A stretch of DNA of 23,027 bases from Vezdaea acicularis (lineage: Eukaryota). Where the stretch lies: assembly GCA_026025075.1 (NCBI GenBank), contig JAPEUI010000078.1, forward strand, positions 62,001-85,027. The letters run 5' to 3'. This document shows positions 21,269-23,027 of the stretch, one piece after another. Each line of letters begins with the position of its first letter. The stretch's first letter is position 1. The notes under the pieces were generated by a model. The model was not told where the DNA came from and made no database searches. It saw nothing but the letters and a program-made list of their open reading frames with translations. Position numbers and translations under genes: made by a program.

Positions 21269-23027
21269 ATGTTGCCGCTCCATCGATGGCTTACAGCAAT
21301 TGTCGTTACGGTTCCTACGGTCATTGCGTTCCAAGTTACAGGAATCAGCAACGGCGTCGACCCAACCTCTGGCGCTCGTCCATCACGGCAGGAACTTAGC
21401 ACGCTTCAGAAGTCTGGTGCGCCCTTCGATCTTTACATCCAGGTAAGTTGAAGCGGATCTTAGAAGGTCGAGGGTCAAAGACCGCTGACTGACTCGCCAA
21501 ATCCGCACAGGCCCTTCAAAAGTTCGAAGCCGACGATCAGAGTGACTTTCTCTCGTACTATGAAATCGCTGGTATGATTTTGGCATCTCAAGACTTAGGA
21601 CAAGGGCGCTAAATATGATGGCTTTTAGGGATACACGGACGACCATATAAAGCATGGGATGGCGTCGGTGGTTCTTATGAGACGGGTTACTGCACACACT
21701 CCAGTATCATCTTTCCTCCGTGGCATCGTCCATACCTCGCACTATACGAGGTAAGTGTGATAAGGAGCGAAATTTATATCTCATCAATTAAAAGACTTCC
21801 AGCAAGTCTTGTCCAATTATGTCTCGCAAATTGCGGAGACCTATCCTGATAGCAACCGCGCTCAATACCAACAAGCGGCCGTAAACTTTAGAATTCCATA
21901 CTGGGATTGGGCAATAAACGCAACGCTGCCTGCCCTTGTTACTGAGGCGACCGTTAATATCAATACGCCAAACGGGCAACAGTCGGTTACAAACCCTCTA
22001 GTCTCGTACATTTTTAATCCATTGTCATCCTCAGACTTCCCGCCTGAGGACGGCAAAATCGCGTCATACCACAAGACCGTCCGATATCCTGATCGGAATG
22101 GCAACTCACAGCCTGGCCTCATAAATGCGCAATTACAAGCAAATGCAGGCTCTCTGCATGACCGTACATACCTATTGCTTTCACAGCAAACGGACTATGC
22201 CCCTTTCTCTAACAAGGGTTATACGGACAGCCGTGGTCAAACTTTCGATTCCATCGAGTCGATTCATGATACTATACATGCGTTGGTCGGTAATGGCGGT
22301 CATATGGGAATTGTGCCATATAGCGCCTTTGACCCTGTATTCTGGCTTCATCACTGCCAAATCGATCGCCTCTTCGCCATCTGGCAAGCCATCAACCCGG
22401 ATAGCTATGTGACTAGCGAGGTTACCACTTACGGGACATTCACGAACGCACCGGGGTCCACAGAAGATGTCAATACGCCCCTAACTCCTTTCCATTCGGA
22501 TAATGCTGGCACTATGTACACCTCCGTGACAGCTCAATCCACTCGCACCTTTGGTTACACGTACCCGGAAGTGCAAGATTGGGGTGTTACACCTGATCAG
22601 CTCGCGAACAACACTAGAGCAGCAGTAAAGCAGCTCTACGACCCAAACAGCCAATTCACATCTCGTAGCTTCAATTCGCGCATCATGCGTCGGGACAATG
22701 GGCCACTGAACATTGTCCCGCACGTCAGAATGAACCAAGACGGCGCATACCGCGAATGGTATGTCAACCTACGTGTCGACCGGTTTGCACTGGGCGAGTC
22801 CTTTTTCATTCATTTCTTCGTTGGGCCCTTTGACGACACCGAGCTGGCTTGGTCTGCCGACCCTGCACTAGCAGGTTCATGGGCGAATTTTGCTGGGCCA
22901 TCCAGCGGGCCAGCGGCAACTATCTACGGGCAGATCCCCTTGACGAGAAAGCTTACAGAGGTATACAATAACGGCGGTATCCCAGACCTGGAGCCTGAGT
23001 CTGTCACCGCTTATCTACTGGATAACC
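21269..23027 (+). CDS. Secreted long-type tyrosinase (type III copper protein with C-terminal shielding domain); 3' end lies beyond the window
   Basis: Exons 21269-21442, 21511-21571, 21629-21750 and 21803->23027 (open to the window end); GT-AG introns 21443-21510, 21572-21628 and 21751-21802. Signal-peptide-like [20 protein letters not shown]. CuA GIHG / YCTH / [16 protein letters not shown], CuB ESIHDTIH / [10 protein letters not shown], tyrosine motif GYTY. Largely missed by the ORF track. Confidence 0.95.

Noticed and set aside
1..23027. Prokaryotic-style operon, CRISPR array, secondary-metabolite cluster or transposon
   Set aside because: Genes carry spliceosomal introns. I saw no repeat-spacer array, PKS/NRPS core, transposase, reverse transcriptase or terminal repeats.

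Overview
Eukaryotic DNA from a filamentous ascomycete (Pezizomycotina-type short introns), so the ORF track splits or misses real genes. Manual splicing supports six protein genes and one pseudogene. In order: an intact 550-aa PD-(D/E)XK nuclease-fold protein (+); a decayed second restriction-endonuclease-fold (Uma2-like) gene (+); an MstA/RCO-3-family sugar porter (-) with a 4.4-kb upstream region carrying CreA-like and AmyR-like motifs; a 1468-aa multi-PAS hybrid histidine kinase (-); a class I SAM methyltransferase with a GC-AG intron (-); the Zn2Cys6 regulator TamA/Dal81 (-); and a secreted long tyrosinase (+) that runs off the window end. No RNA gene, transposon or repeat array is supported. 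I found no clearly new system. The best leads are the tandem nuclease-fold pair, short uORFs in front of both regulatory genes, a sharp GC3 shift inside the transporter, and the CXXC-less secreted tyrosinase. Family calls come from motif recognition, not database searches.
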